From: the human T2T-CHM13v2.0 reference genome, Homo sapiens
Assembly: GCF_009914755.1 (NCBI RefSeq)
Contig: NC_060929.1
DNA: 64,000 bases
Direction: 5' to 3' (one strand)
Shown here piece after piece: positions 50,194 through 64,000 of this stretch. The notes beneath the pieces were generated by a model. The model was given only the letters and a program-made list of their open reading frames with translations, was not told where the DNA came from and made no database searches. The translations under genes were made by a program, and so were the position numbers. How positions within the stretch are numbered: position 1 is the stretch's first letter; each line of letters opens with the position of its first letter.

Positions 50194-52131
50194 CTACAAG
50201 TAAATAAAATCAAAGTGAAATGTATAAGAAACTTTCAATTCCTTTATTCATTCATAGATCAGATAGTAATATAAAATAAACAAAAAACCCACATTTCATC
50301 TACCTTTGTCTGTATGTAAATAATTAGCAAAGTATTCTAGCTGCTTACGTCTTGCTTTGCTCAAGCAGGCTTGTCTGTGAGGGAAAGAAACTGCTGTGTT
50401 GTCAATATTAGTGAACCACATCCTATAAACTCTAGAGTCCAGGGAAAATATATATTGGCAAGAAGTCTATTCAAAAAATCAGCATGTGAGACACGGCATA
50501 GCTTGGCCCTTGTAGAAGGACACACCCTCTTTTTGTCAGAATTGCTTCTATTCAGGGACTTCTGTCATAATTTCCTTCTCCCTCTACCATGTCTTCTTAC
50601 CTTGGATATTATGAAATAGGCATCCTTTTTAATTTATACATTATGAAAACTATTTTCACTGTTAAACAAATAAACATGTTTTCTACATCTATTTGTTCAT
50701 GAGTTGAAAACAAAGAAATACAGGTGTTTCCAATGTCTTCCTGGCTTTGCCATATAAAGTAACTGCTCCCAGCCATTCTTAATTTACATACCACAATTTT
50801 TGTGATTATTTTTTCTCTTGTTGCTCTTGTTAATTGATATTCATATTTGGTATCTCAAAGCATAACAACTTTTCTCCTGAATCTAATCCTTTTATAGGAG
50901 TCAGCATTCTTGGATGTATAATAAAGAGACGGTCACATCTTTGCCAGCAAAAGAAAGAATCCATGCAGCTACACAGGTCACTTTCTAAGTGTTTGCTTTA
51001 GCCTCCTTTTTACTGTGAATACAGAAAACATCTGCATTCAATGGTTCCGACTTTCAATAAGGCAGCCTGCATGCAGAGAAAGCTGAATGAGAAGAAACCC
51101 AAAGACTCAAACACTGTCCAAATGAGTGGACTTCTAAAATATAACCCTTTCTCAAATTTTTGTAATACATTCAGTAAAGGCCTTTTTTTTTTCAGTTAAT
51201 TCCTCCATATGCTTCAGTGATTAGTAGTAACTTTATCTTGTCATTCCCATAGACTATGATAGAAACAAAATAACCCAAAAGCTAGCTTTCTGATTGAGTT
51301 TCCATAAATGCAATGTGAAGGACGTGCATGAAGAATGCGGAAGCAGGAAATGACTTGGAGAGCAATGGAGATATTACGCTGTGTTTGTTTAAGTTGCTGT
51401 GTGAAAGGCAAATCTTCCCACTCCCCTCATCACCACAGCTGTGATTAAAACTCTGGCTGGCTGAAACCAAATATAAGGTTGTGTTCTCTTCACCCAGCTG
51501 TCAATCTTTCCATTAGCTGGTTTACAGGTTGTGAGAAAAGACATGCTCCGGTTTTCAACATGTGGATGAAAGGTCCTACTTTGGTAAATTCAATTAGATG
51601 GAAAATTGAGCTTTCTGTCTTAATTTCAACTCATCATGGAACAGTGACAACTACAGGACCTGGAATTATCTCGTTGAACCCTGTTTTTTCTTATTAGTTG
51701 ATGTATATTTTATTGTTGCTACCTATAAATTCATATTTAAGTTTATATACTATCCTCAAAGTATACTTAATGTAATAAATATGCATAAACCCAGGTTGAT
51801 GTAACTTTGACACAGATGACATAATAAATATATGAAGAAAAACGATGGCAAATGCCATAGCCTGAAATATCAGAAGTCAAAGTTAAGATTCTCATTAGCT
51901 TTCATGCATTCCTCATGTTTTCATTAAACATGTCCATAAATGCCTAGAACTGCATGAATTCATCATCGGAATCAAGGGTCAATTATAAAACATCTCATTT
52001 TCAAGTTTGCCAATCAATGCACAGCTTTAAATAGCACATATACCGTTTTGGCACTGGGTTTTCTCCATGCTCTTTTATAAAATAAATGAAGAAGTATTAT
52101 GCCTCAAAGTTTCTTAGAGAATAAGTCTTAT

Positions 52132-52280
52132 GGCCAGGCACAGTGGCTCATGCCTGTAATCCCAGCACTTTAGGAGGCCAAGGAAAGAGGGTTACTTGAG
52201 GCCAGGAATTTGAGACCAGCCTGGGCAACACAGTGAGACTCAGTCCCTACAAAAGAAATAATAAATAAATAAATAAATTT
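52132..52280 (+). mobile_element. Free left Alu monomer (FLAM-like)
   Basis: Left arm only with (TAAA)n tail; TSD AGAATAAGTCTTA. Confidence 0.9.
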
Positions 52281-54733
52281 TAAAACAGAATAAGTCTTAC
52301 AACCAAAAGATAATAATAATAATAATATATTTTGGGAGGTTCTGAAAATTAACTTTCCTTGGAACCACTTAGTCTAAAGAAAGATTTAATAGTCTTTCTT
52401 GCCTTGTTTTTTCCTCTAGCTAAAACATTTTATATGATAAAGCTAGCAAAAACAAATAGGAATAAAATTACTATCAGTTTTACCTAAGGAAACTTAAAAG
52501 TGGCCAATTTTTCTCATACTTTTACAAAATTCTTACTTCTGGCTCAAAGTTGCAAGTAAATGTGTCATCCTCAAAGAAGAATTTTTCTGAAAGCTAAACT
52601 ATGACTTATACACTTCCAAGCTATTTACTTCATATCAATATTGCTTCTATATTCAAACTCGCAGAACAGCACAAAGAAAAAAATCTAGTTGAAATTTATA
52701 AAATACAAAGGTTCCTCTATGGCATCCCAATACTAGATGCAGTTTCAATGAAACATCTATACTGCAAATAGAGGAGGCACATAAAAGAAAGCAACAGGGA
52801 AGACACAAGTTAGAAGAGAACACAAGTAAAAGAAACACAAAATCAAATAGGAATAAATGTAACTGGATAAAGGCTCTTCAGAGGCTGAGAAACTACCCTG
52901 ATCTACGAATCTGCACCAGCATCCACAAATTGTACTTAATTTTTTCTATTTTATTAAAAAGAATTTATATTCACCATAATGTTGTCTAAAAGCCTTGTAA
53001 TTATATGTATTACCCTTATGAAAGAAGCACTAAGATCAGTTGACCTAGGTTCCTCTACATAAATTTATTTTGATTTAGAGAAAAAATAAAAAGGAAAAGC
53101 AAGGCAGAGAGGAGAAAAAAGGATGAGAATATGCTATTCTATTCAGAATAACTGAATAATACTGTAAAATAACTATTACAGAAAATCAGTAATCTTTTCA
53201 TGTGAAAGAAAGGGAAAAGATTTGGTAAGAAATGTCATAATTTTAATTATAAGATACATCCTTTAAAATTGTTTCAAATATGTGAATGTGTGTGTGTTCC
53301 TTCAGCCAATTAACTACAGAAAACGGTGACACATGGGTGACAGAAGTACAGGCATATCTCACTTTACTGTGCTTCACTTTACTGAGCTTTACAGATACTG
53401 CTTTTACAAACTGAAGATTTGTGGCAACCCTGCATCGATCAAGTCTATCAGCACTATTTTTCCAACAGCATATGCTCACTTTGTGTCTCTGGGTCACAAT
53501 TTGGTAATTCTCACAATATTTCCAACTTTTTCATTATTACTGTATCTGGTATGGTGATCTGTGATCAGTGATCTTTGATGTTACTATTGTCATTGTTTGA
53601 GGCACCACGGACCATGCCCATAAGCAAACTTAATAAATGTACACATTCTGACTGCTCCACCAACCAGCAGTTCCTCTATCTGTTTCTCTCTCCTTGGGCC
53701 TCCCTATTCCCAGACACAACATATTGAAATTGGGCCAATGAATAACCCTACAATGGCCTCTAAATATTGCAGTGAAAGGAAGAGTCTCACATCTCTCACC
53801 AGACAGGACAAAAGCTAGGCCTCTTGTGCCAAACAGCCAAGTTACGAATGTAAAGTAAAAGTTTTTGAAGGAAATTAAAAGTGCTACTCCTGTGAACACA
53901 TGAATGATAAGAAAGCAAAACAGCCTTATTGCTGATGCAGAGAAAGCTTTAGGGGCCTGGATAGAAGATCAAACCAGCTACAGCATTCCCTTAAGCCAAA
54001 ACCTAATCCACATCAAGAATCCAATTTTCTTCAATTCTATGAAGGCTAAGAGAGGTGAAGAAGCTGCGAAAGAAAGATTGGGAGCTAGCAGAGGTTGGTT
54101 CACGAGGTTTAACGAAAGAAGCCATCTCCAGAACAAAAAAGCACAAGATGAAGCAGCAAGTGCTGATGTAGAAGCTGCAGCAAGTTATCCAAAGATCTAG
54201 CTAAGATCACTGACAAAGATGGCTACACCAAACAACATATTTTCAATGTAGATGAAACAGCCTTCGGTTGAAAGAAGATGACACCTAGGCTTTCACAGCT
54301 ATAGAGGAGAGGTCAATGCCTGACTTTAAAGCTTCAAAGGACAGGCTGACTCTTGCTAGGGGCTAATGCAGCTGGTGACTTTAGGTTGGAGCCAATGCTC
54401 ATTTGCTATTCCAAAACACTGGGGCCCTTAAGAATTATGCTAAATCTTTTGTGCCTGTGCTCTATAAATGGAACAACAAAACTTAGATGACAGTACATCT
54501 GTTTACTGCATGTTTTACTGAATATTTTAAGCCTTTCAATGAGACCCATTGCTCAGGGGAAAAAAAAAAAGATTCCTCTCAAAATAGTACTGCTCATTAA
54601 CAATGCACCTGATCACCCAAGAGCTCTGATGGAGATGACAAAAAGATTCACATTGTTTTCTTGACTGCTAATACAACATCCATTCTGCAGCCCATAGATC
54701 AAGGAGTAATTTTGACTTTCAAGTCTTACTAAA

Positions 54734-55004
54734 TTTTTTTTTCTTGAAACAGGGTCTTGCTCTGTTGCCCAGGCTGGAATATGCTGGCACAATCTCAGCT
54801 CACTACAACCTCTGCCTCCCAGGTTCAAGAGATTCTAGTGCCTCAAAGCCTCCTGAGTAGCTGGGACTACAGGTGTGTGCCACCATGCCCAGCAAATTTT
54901 TTGTATTTTTTGTACAGAACTCCTGTACTCCTGAGCTCAGGCAATCTGCCTGCCTCGGCCTCCCAAAGTGATAGGATTACAGTGTGAGCCACCTGCGCCC
55001 TACC
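54734..55004 (-). mobile_element. AluJ-type SINE in Tigger1
   Basis: TSD TCAAGTCTTA(C/T)TAA on both sides. Confidence 0.9.
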
Positions 55005-55443
55005 TCAAGTCTTATTAATTAAAAAATACATTTTGTAAGGCCATACCTGTCATAGATAGCGATTCCTCTGATGGATCTGGGCAAAGTCAATTGAAAGCCT
55101 TCTGGAAAAGATTTCTCATTCTAGATGCTATTAAAACATCCATGTTTCATAAAAGGAGATCAAAATATCAACATGAGCAGGAGTTTGGAAGAAGTTGATT
55201 CCAAGCCTCATGGATGACTGAGGGGTTCAAGATGTCAGTGGAAGAAATAACTGCATGTATGACAGAAATAGCAAAAGAACTATAATTAGAAGTAGAGCCT
55301 AAAGATGTGACTGAATTGCTGTAATCTTACGATAAAACTTTTAAAAATGAGGAGTTGCTTCTCATGAATGAGCAAAGAAAGTGAGTTGTTTTTTTTTTTA
55401 GTAAGGTTTTTGTTGTTGTTGTTGTTGTTGTTGTTTGGGGGAA

Positions 55444-55754
<311 letters not shown>

Positions 55755-57581
55755 TGAAATAGAATCTACTTCTGGTGAAGATGCTATTATATGTACATTG
55801 TATCATTGTTGTGAACAACAAAGTATTTGAAATATTCCATAAACTTAGTTGATAAAGCAGCAGCAGGGTTTGAGAGAACTAACTCCAATTTTGAAAGAAG
55901 TTCTATTGTGGCATAAAATGCTCTCAAACAGTGTCATATGCTACAGAGAAATTTTTCATGAAAGACAGAGTCAATCGATAGGGCAAACTTCATTGTTGTC
56001 TTATTTTTTAAAAATTGCCACAGCAACCCCAACCTTCAGCAACCACAACCTTGATCAGTCACCAGCCATCAACACTGAGGAAAGACCCTCTATCAGCAAA
56101 AAGACTACAACTCACTGAAGGCTCAGATGATTGTTAGCAATTTTTAGGAATAATGTATTTTTAAATTAAAGTATGTAAACTGTTTTTTTAGACATAATGT
56201 TTTTCTACTGCACATATATAAATAGACTGCAGTATAGTGTAAACATAACTTTTATATGCACTGGGAAACCAAAAAATGTGTGAGACTCACTTTATCGCAA
56301 TATCCACTTTAATATTACAGTGGTCTGGAGCTGAACTTGCAATATCTCTGAGGTATGTCTGTAAACACATTTGATCTACTTGCAACATGACAGTGAACTG
56401 CGCTTTCTCCAAACACAGAGAAATGCTAGAAAACATCTAACCCCCAAAAAAGGTATATAGCTTAGAAATACCCAGGGTTCAACAAAGAGGTAACCCAAAG
56501 CCAAAGTTACAAGAGTATATGCAGACAGCATAACAACTTAAGAACATATAACGTAGAAACTGAACCTAGGGGCCAGTAGCTAAGGTTTTAAGGTCCATCT
56601 GTCAGGACAGGATATGTGGTTTGGGGCCCATGTAAGTAGTGAAGTTAGAATGAAATAACTGAGGTACCTGAATAAAAGGTTCAGATATTCAAAAGATGGC
56701 TTATTCCATTGAAAAGGGATATTAAAAGCAAAAACAAAATATTTACTCACTAGCCCAGGAGAGCAGTTTTTTTGCCAGTTCTCTGCCAAAAGCTCTGGGT
56801 AGGAAAAAGTTTTCTATAACCAATCAAACCCTAAAGATAGGTTTGGGGCCCATGGTATGATGGTAATCCCATGCCAGATAAGAAATAGCTGCTAGTAAGG
56901 AATTTTATATAATGTTATAGTGTAATTGCTAAGAAATATTATCAAATGAAAAAAACTAGGGGCTGGACAGTGTCAATAGTATGCCTGCATTTATCTAAGA
57001 AAACAATACAAATTTAATTCCATTTTAAAAGCAGACACAAAAGAAAGATAAATCAAAAGCTAATTACATTGTTTACCTATGGGAAAGGAGAGAAAAGGGC
57101 AAAGTGAGAAGGATAGAAACTAGACTTCACCAAATTTACCTCATTTTCTAGTTTTGACTCTGAAACTATAAAAATTTCTAACATAATTATAAAGCAAAAC
57201 TGAATCAAGAATGTTAAAAACTATTCCCAAAATTTGAAAGTAAAATGAAATAAACTAACTTATGTATCAAGTTGCTAGCTTAAACATGGAGAACAATTAT
57301 TTCAAGTGACATTAAACAGAGTAATTTGATTATAAATTCTAAGTGGGATATACAGCAAGAACCAAAAGAACTGTAAAAAAATTGTAAACTGTTTCCCAGT
57401 AACCATATTGTTAGTAATAGCATTGGTATTGTTACACTGATATTAAAATAGAGATTAATTTCATTAATGTTATTATACTAGGAACCAAGAGTTTTAGCGT
57501 AAGAGGGAAAAAAACACAAACATAAAACCAAAAATGTTAAGTAAAACTTCTATAATCCCAAATTCGAAATAGAAAAGTTTT

Positions 57582-58075
57582 TTAGAACAAACTGTTTGCA
57601 ATGTTGGCCTTGTGAACTTGGATTTCGAAGTGTTGCCACCAGTCCCAGAACTAATAAGAGAGGTCACTGTGCCTAAACAGTTTGTACAACGTGGTTTAAA
57701 CTAAACACCTCCTCTCTTTCTGAGAGTCTGGAATTTTGTATATGCCAGGCAGAGGATGCCTAGATAAGCAGCCTCTAATAAACATCCTGGGCACAAAGTC
57801 TCCAGTGAGCTTCCCTGGTAGACATTTCACATGTGTTGTCACAACTTGTTCCTGAGGGAATTAGGTTCATCCTGTGTGACTCCATGAGCAGAGGACTTTT
57901 CAAGGCTTGTGGCTGGTTTCCTCCAGACTTTGCTCCATTTGCCTTTTCCCTTTACTGGTATTGCTTTGTATCCTTTGCTATAATAAATCACACATGAGCA
58001 TGGCTATATGCTGAGTCCTGTGAGTCCTCCTAGTGAGTCACTGAATCTGGGGGTTGTCTAGGAATTCCTAAGACA
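57582..58075 (+). mobile_element. MER68-like LTR
   Basis: TCACTGTGCCTAAACAGTTTGTACA, GAGTCTGGAATTTTG and GCTGAGTCCTGTGAGTCCTCCTAG match recalled MER68. Confidence 0.75.
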
Positions 58076-58600
58076 GTGGGAAACTTTGCAGACTAATAAG
58101 CTGGTTTCCTCAACAAATAAATTGCACAAGACAAAAAGGAGGAAAAAAAATCTTGTAAAGAAATTTAATAATAAATTTTTAATTCTAATTTTTTGTTTCA
58201 GTTCCTCTAAATATGGCAAATACTGATTGGAACAAAAAATTACAATTTGTTATTCAGAAGCCATAAAATTCAAAAAAAGTTAAATAAATTGCAGATCATT
58301 GTTGTATAAGTCCATGTCATTTATACTCTTGAAGTCATTTAAGCTTAAAACTGCACTAAGACTTTTGGAATATTCTGTACAAACAAACTAAATTTGACTA
58401 AAGAAGAATATAGAAAACATGAACATATTCAAGATATCAAAGAAATTAATTCAGCAGTCAAAAATATGATGAAAACCTCAGTCAAAAGTTTATAGACAAG
58501 TATCACCAAATCTTAAAGAAACAGGTAACCCCTATTTTAAGCATGATATTCCAGAGAATAAAAAATAGGAAAAGCTATCCAGCTCATCTTATAAGACTAG

Positions 58601-60909
58601 GGTATTAGTCCATTTTCATGCTGCTGATAAAGGCATACTCGAGACTGAGAAGAAAAAGAATTGAAAGAATTGAACTTACAGTTCCACATGGCTGGGGAGG
58701 CCTCAGAATCACGGTGGGAGGCAAAAGGCACTTCTTACATGGCAGCAGCAAGAGAAAATGAGGAAGAAGCAAAAGTGGAAACCCCTGATAAACCCATCAG
58801 ATCTCCTGAAACTTAGTCACTGTCATGAGAATAGCACAGGAAAGATCAGCCCCCATGATTCAATTACCTCCCCCTGGGTCCCTCCCACAATACATGGGAA
58901 TTCTGGGAGATACAATTCAAGTTGATATTTGGGTAGGGACACAGCCAAACCATATCATCCTGCCCCTGGTCCCACCAAATCTCATGTTCTTACATCTCAA
59001 AACCAATCATGCCTTCCCAACAGTCCTCCAAAGTCTTAACTCATTTCAGTATTAACCTAAAAGTCCACAGTCGAAAGTCTCATCTGAGACCAGGCAAGTC
59101 CCTTCCGCCTATAAGCCTGTAAAATCAAGAGCAATCTAGTTACTTCCTAAATACAATGGGGGTACAGGTATTGGGTAAATACAGCTGTTCCAAATGAAAG
59201 AAATTGGCCAAAACAAAGTGGTTACAGGGCCCATGCAAGTCCAAAATCCAGTAGGGCAGTCAAATTAAATGATCTCCTTTGACTCCAGGTCTCACATTCA
59301 GGTCATGCTGATGCAAGAGGTCGGTTCCCATGGTCTTGGGCAGCTCCATCCCTGTGGCTTTGCAGGGTATAGCCTCCCTTCCCAGCTGCTTTCACAGGCT
59401 AATGTTGCGTGTCTGCAGCTTTTCCAGGTGCATGGTGAAAGCTGTCAGTGGTCTACCATTCTGGGGTCTGGAAGACGGTGCCCCTCTTCTCACAGCTCCA
59501 CTAGGAAATGCCCCAGTAGGAACTCTCTGTAGGGACTCCAACCCCACATTTCCCTTCTGCACTGCCCCAGCAGAGGTTCTCCATGAGGGCCCTGCCCCTG
59601 CAGCAAACTTTTGTCTGTGCATCCTGGAGTTTCCACACATCTTCTGAAATCCAGGCAGAGGTTTCCAAACCTCAATTCTTGACTTCTGTGCCCTTGCAGG
59701 CTCAATACCACTGGGAAGCTGCCAAGGCTTGGGGCTTCCACCCTCTGAAGCCACAGCCCAAGCTTTACATTGGCCCCTTTCAGCCATGACTGGAGCGGCT
59801 GGGACAAAAGGCACCAAGTTCCTAGGCTGCACACAGCATGGGGACCCTGGGCCTGGCCCCAAAACCACATTTTTCTTCCGGGCCTCCAGGCTTGTGATGG
59901 GAGGGCCTGCTGTGAAGGTCTCTGACATGGCCTAGAGACATGGCCTGGAGACATTTTCCCCACGGTCTTGGGGATTAACATTAGGCTCCTTGCTACTTAT
60001 GCAAATTTCTGCAGCTGGCTTGAATTTCTCCTCAGAAAAATGGGTTTTTCTTTTCTACTGCATCATGAGGCTACTGAATCATCAGGAACTTTTATGCTCT
60101 GTTTCCCTTTTAAAACAGAATGCTTTTAACAGCACCCAAGTCACTTTTTGAATGCTTTGCTGCTTATAAATTTCTTCTTCCAGATACCCCAAATCATCTC
60201 TCTCAAGTTCAGAGTTCCACAAATCTCTAGGGCAGGGGCAAAATGCCACCAGTCTCTTTGCTAAAACGTAACAAGAGTCACCTTTGCTCCAGTTCCCAAC
60301 AAGTACCTCATCTCCATCTGAGATCATCTCAGTCTGGACCTTATTGTTCATATCACTATCAGCTTCTTTTCAAAGCCATTCAACAAATTTCTAGGATGTT
60401 CCAAACTTTCCCACATTTTCCTATCTTCTTCTGAGCCCTCCAAACTGTTCCAATCTCTGCCTGTTACCCATTTCCAAAGTCGCTTCCACATTTTCAGGTA
60501 TCTTTTCAGCAACACCCCACTCTACTGGTACAAATTGACTGTATTAGTCTATTTTCATGCTGCTGATAAAGATGTACCCAAGACTGGGAAGAAAAAGAGG
60601 TTTAATTGAACTTACAGTTCCACATGACTGGGGAGGCCTCAGAATCATGGCAGGTGGTGAAAGGCATTTCTTACATGGCAGCAGCAAGATAAAATGAGGA
60701 ACAAGCAAGCCCATCATATTTCGTGAGACTTAGTCTCGTGATAAACCCATCATATTTCGTGAGACTTAGTCACTATCATGATAATAGCATGGGAAGGACC
60801 AGCCCCCATGTTTCAATTAGCTCCCCCGGGTCCCTCCCAGAACACATGGGGATTCTGGGAAATACAATTCAAGTTGAGATTTGGGTGGGGACACAGCCAA
60901 ACCATATCA
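58601..60909 (-). mobile_element. Full THE1(A/B-like) MaLR element (LTR 58601-58957, internal region, LTR 60540-60909)
   Basis: Both LTRs end GGACACAGCCAAACCATATCA; perfect 5-bp TSD ACTAG (58596-58600 and 60910-60914). Confidence 0.94.
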
Positions 60910-61373
60910 ACTAGTATAATCTCAACGTGGCAAAAATGGATAAGAAAAGACTATAGGCAGGCTCATTTACTAATAGAGATGAAAATATTCAACATAAATT
61001 AATGAATTTAATTGATTTAGTCAAGCAAAGTGTGTCCATCTATATCATCTAAATGTCTATGTCTACATACACATATCTACTTAACTGTGTCATAATCAAG
61101 TAAGATTTATCCCAGGAATTCAAGGATAGACTGACATTGCTAAATTTAGTAATGTAATCTGCCATATTAACAGATTTAGGAGAAAAACCATAAGATCATT
61201 TCAAAAGACACAGGAAAAAAAATTCAACATCCATATATTATATTAAGAAACTTTTAGCAAACTAAGAATACAAGAAAATTCTCTTAACCTGATATTTAAT
61301 AGTAAAATTTTAAAGCATTCTCTTTAAAATCAGAAACAAGATAAAAATGTGTGTTAGTACTGCTTCTAGTTAG

Positions 61374-61790
<417 letters not shown>

Positions 61791-63359
61791 TAACATGATT
61801 ATACAGAAGATCCAAGAGAATCTACAAACTGTCAAAACTAATGAGACAATTCAACAAGGTTACTGGGAATAAGATCAATATACAAAAAATTAATAGCATT
61901 CCTACACAGAGGCAATATCCAAGCATAAATATAATAAAACATCTCATTCCAATAGAAACAAAATCATAATGTACCTAGAATATATCTAACAAAATCTGAC
62001 TAAAACTTCTATGGAGGAAATTCTAAAACTTTAACATCAGGCATAAATGGAAACTTAAATGAATGGGAACATATACCATGTTGGTAGATGAAAAAAATTC
62101 AGTTTCATAAAAATGTCTGTTCTCACTAAATTATTTCTATAAATTCAATTCCACTAGAAATTCCATGAAGGTTGTTAACAGAACTTGACAATGTGACCCT
62201 ATAATTCACATGTAAAAGAAAAGACTGAAAATAAGATACTTTTTAAGAAGATGAACAAGGTGGAACGATTTATCCTAACAGCCATCATCCTATTATAAAG
62301 CTATGATAATTTAGATGGCATAATATTGTCATAGAGATAAACAAATCAACCACACAGAATAGGGAACCCAGAAACAGAACCACGTATATATGGCAATTTG
62401 GTACTGAATATTGTTGGTACGCTATATTAGAAAGTTGGCAATACAAATCATTGAGGAAACGAAAAGTTATTTTCATAATGATACTGAGAAAATTAGTTAC
62501 ATACGGAAAAAAAATTAGACCATCTCGCAAAATAAACTCCAGGTGGATTTTTAAAACTTAAGGCTAGAAAGCAAAATTGTAACATTTTTAGAAGAAAAAA
62601 TGAAAATTAACCATATGACATCAAAATAGGAAAAGCTTTCTTAAGACCCAAAAAAGTAGAAGCCTTAAAGGGAAAGGCCAAAAATATTTACACAGTAAGT
62701 TTTGAAACCTCTATAAATAGATACATCACAAAGTAAAAAGATAAACCACAAAATGGTACAAGTTTACAATGCATATGACCAAACATGAATGATTATAAAA
62801 AAATGAAATAAAAAAGAAAAAGGTAAAAACAAAAGAAATGAAATGTAAATGGACAATAAACATACGAAAGGTTGTTCATCCTCACTATTAGGGAAATGCA
62901 AATGAAAATAAAACAACATTTCACATTATATTCTAATAATATTAAGTATAAGCAAGTATATGAGGAAAAGGAAATCTTACCCACTGCTGGTGAAACATAA
63001 ATTGGTATTGCTACTTTGGGGAATGACTGGCTACATCAGGCAAAGTTGATAATGATTACAACCAACAAGCACACACCCTAAAGAAACTTTTACACACACC
63101 TGGCAAAGGAACAAGGATAAAAGTGTTCCTTACAGCATTGTTTTAACATTTAATACCTAGAAATAGACTAAACATCTGTAAATAAGTGAATAAATAAAAT
63201 GCAGTACATTCATATAATAAAACACTGAGAAAAGGATACTATGTGTATCACTGTAGGTAAATCTCAAAAACAGAATGCTGAGTAAAAAAACAAGCTCCAG
63301 AATGTGTACAGCATGATATGATTTATGTTAAGTTTAAGAATATGCAAACAATAGTATAC

Positions 63360-63555
63360 ACCAGAACTCTCTGCAATAATGAAAATGGTCAGTATCTGCA
63401 TTGTCTAATACAGCAGCCTCTAGCGATATGTGGATATTAAAGAATATTAAACACTTATAATGTGGCTAGTACTCCAAAGAAACTGAATGTGTTTTCTTTT
63501 AATTAATTTAAATAGCCACATGTGGCTATAGCAGATACCATACTGGTAGAGCAGG
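63360..63555. mobile_element. MER3-like hAT/Charlie MITE
   Basis: TTAATTAATTTAAATAGCCACATGTGGCTA and CTGCATTGTCTAATACAGCAGCC motifs. Confidence 0.7.
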
Positions 63556-64000
63556 TATATAAATTTATGAATACATAAATATAAATACATACAATCAAAT
63601 ATATAAAGCTGGAGGAAGAATACATACCAACTTCAGGAAAGTGGTTATCTCTGGAGAAGTAAAATGAGACAGAATGGGATGTGAAGGAACTCAAGAGTCT
63701 TTATGAACACTTATTTCTTTACAACAAAAATAAATATAAAGCAAACATGTCAAAATACTTAACATTGTTAAATTTGGTTAAAATATTGTTAATATTGGTT
63801 AGTCTGCTTTTTCAGTATGTTTGAAATTTTTCCCTATTTAAAATTTTTAATATTTCCTATTTTAAATGTTTTATTTTCATTTCTTTGAAGCATTTCCTTT
63901 TTAAAATATTTAAATAACTTTTTGAAAGTAAACTGTATTTAAATCTTTATACCTGTAGAGCTAAACCCAAGAGATCAACTATCTTATGTATAGTCTCGAT

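Overview
AT-rich, repeat-dense primate genomic DNA, probably hominoid or human given the L1PA2/3-type, AluY-type and HERV-K(HML-2) sequences. No intact protein-coding gene is recognisable. Nearly all ORFs in the supplied track are decayed L1, Alu, MaLR or Tigger sequence, or by-products of a (GGT)n repeat. The standout feature is at about 10748-12296 (- strand): an L1-retroposed copy of the doubly spliced HERV-K(HML-2) rec mRNA. It shows both splice junctions, R at both ends, PBS, PPT, a poly(A) tail and a 15-bp TSD at a TTTT/AA site, inside an old L1. Other notable items: an inverted L1PA pair sharing unusual variants, a young L1 nested in a full-length L1PA, two full THE1-type MaLR elements, a full-length Tigger1, a GGT-derived minisatellite with higher-order structure, a templated 60-bp insertion, and a candidate 47-nt minus-strand exon of an unidentified host gene. 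Repeat subfamily names come from my recall of consensus sequences, not from a search, and boundaries of old repeats are approximate.
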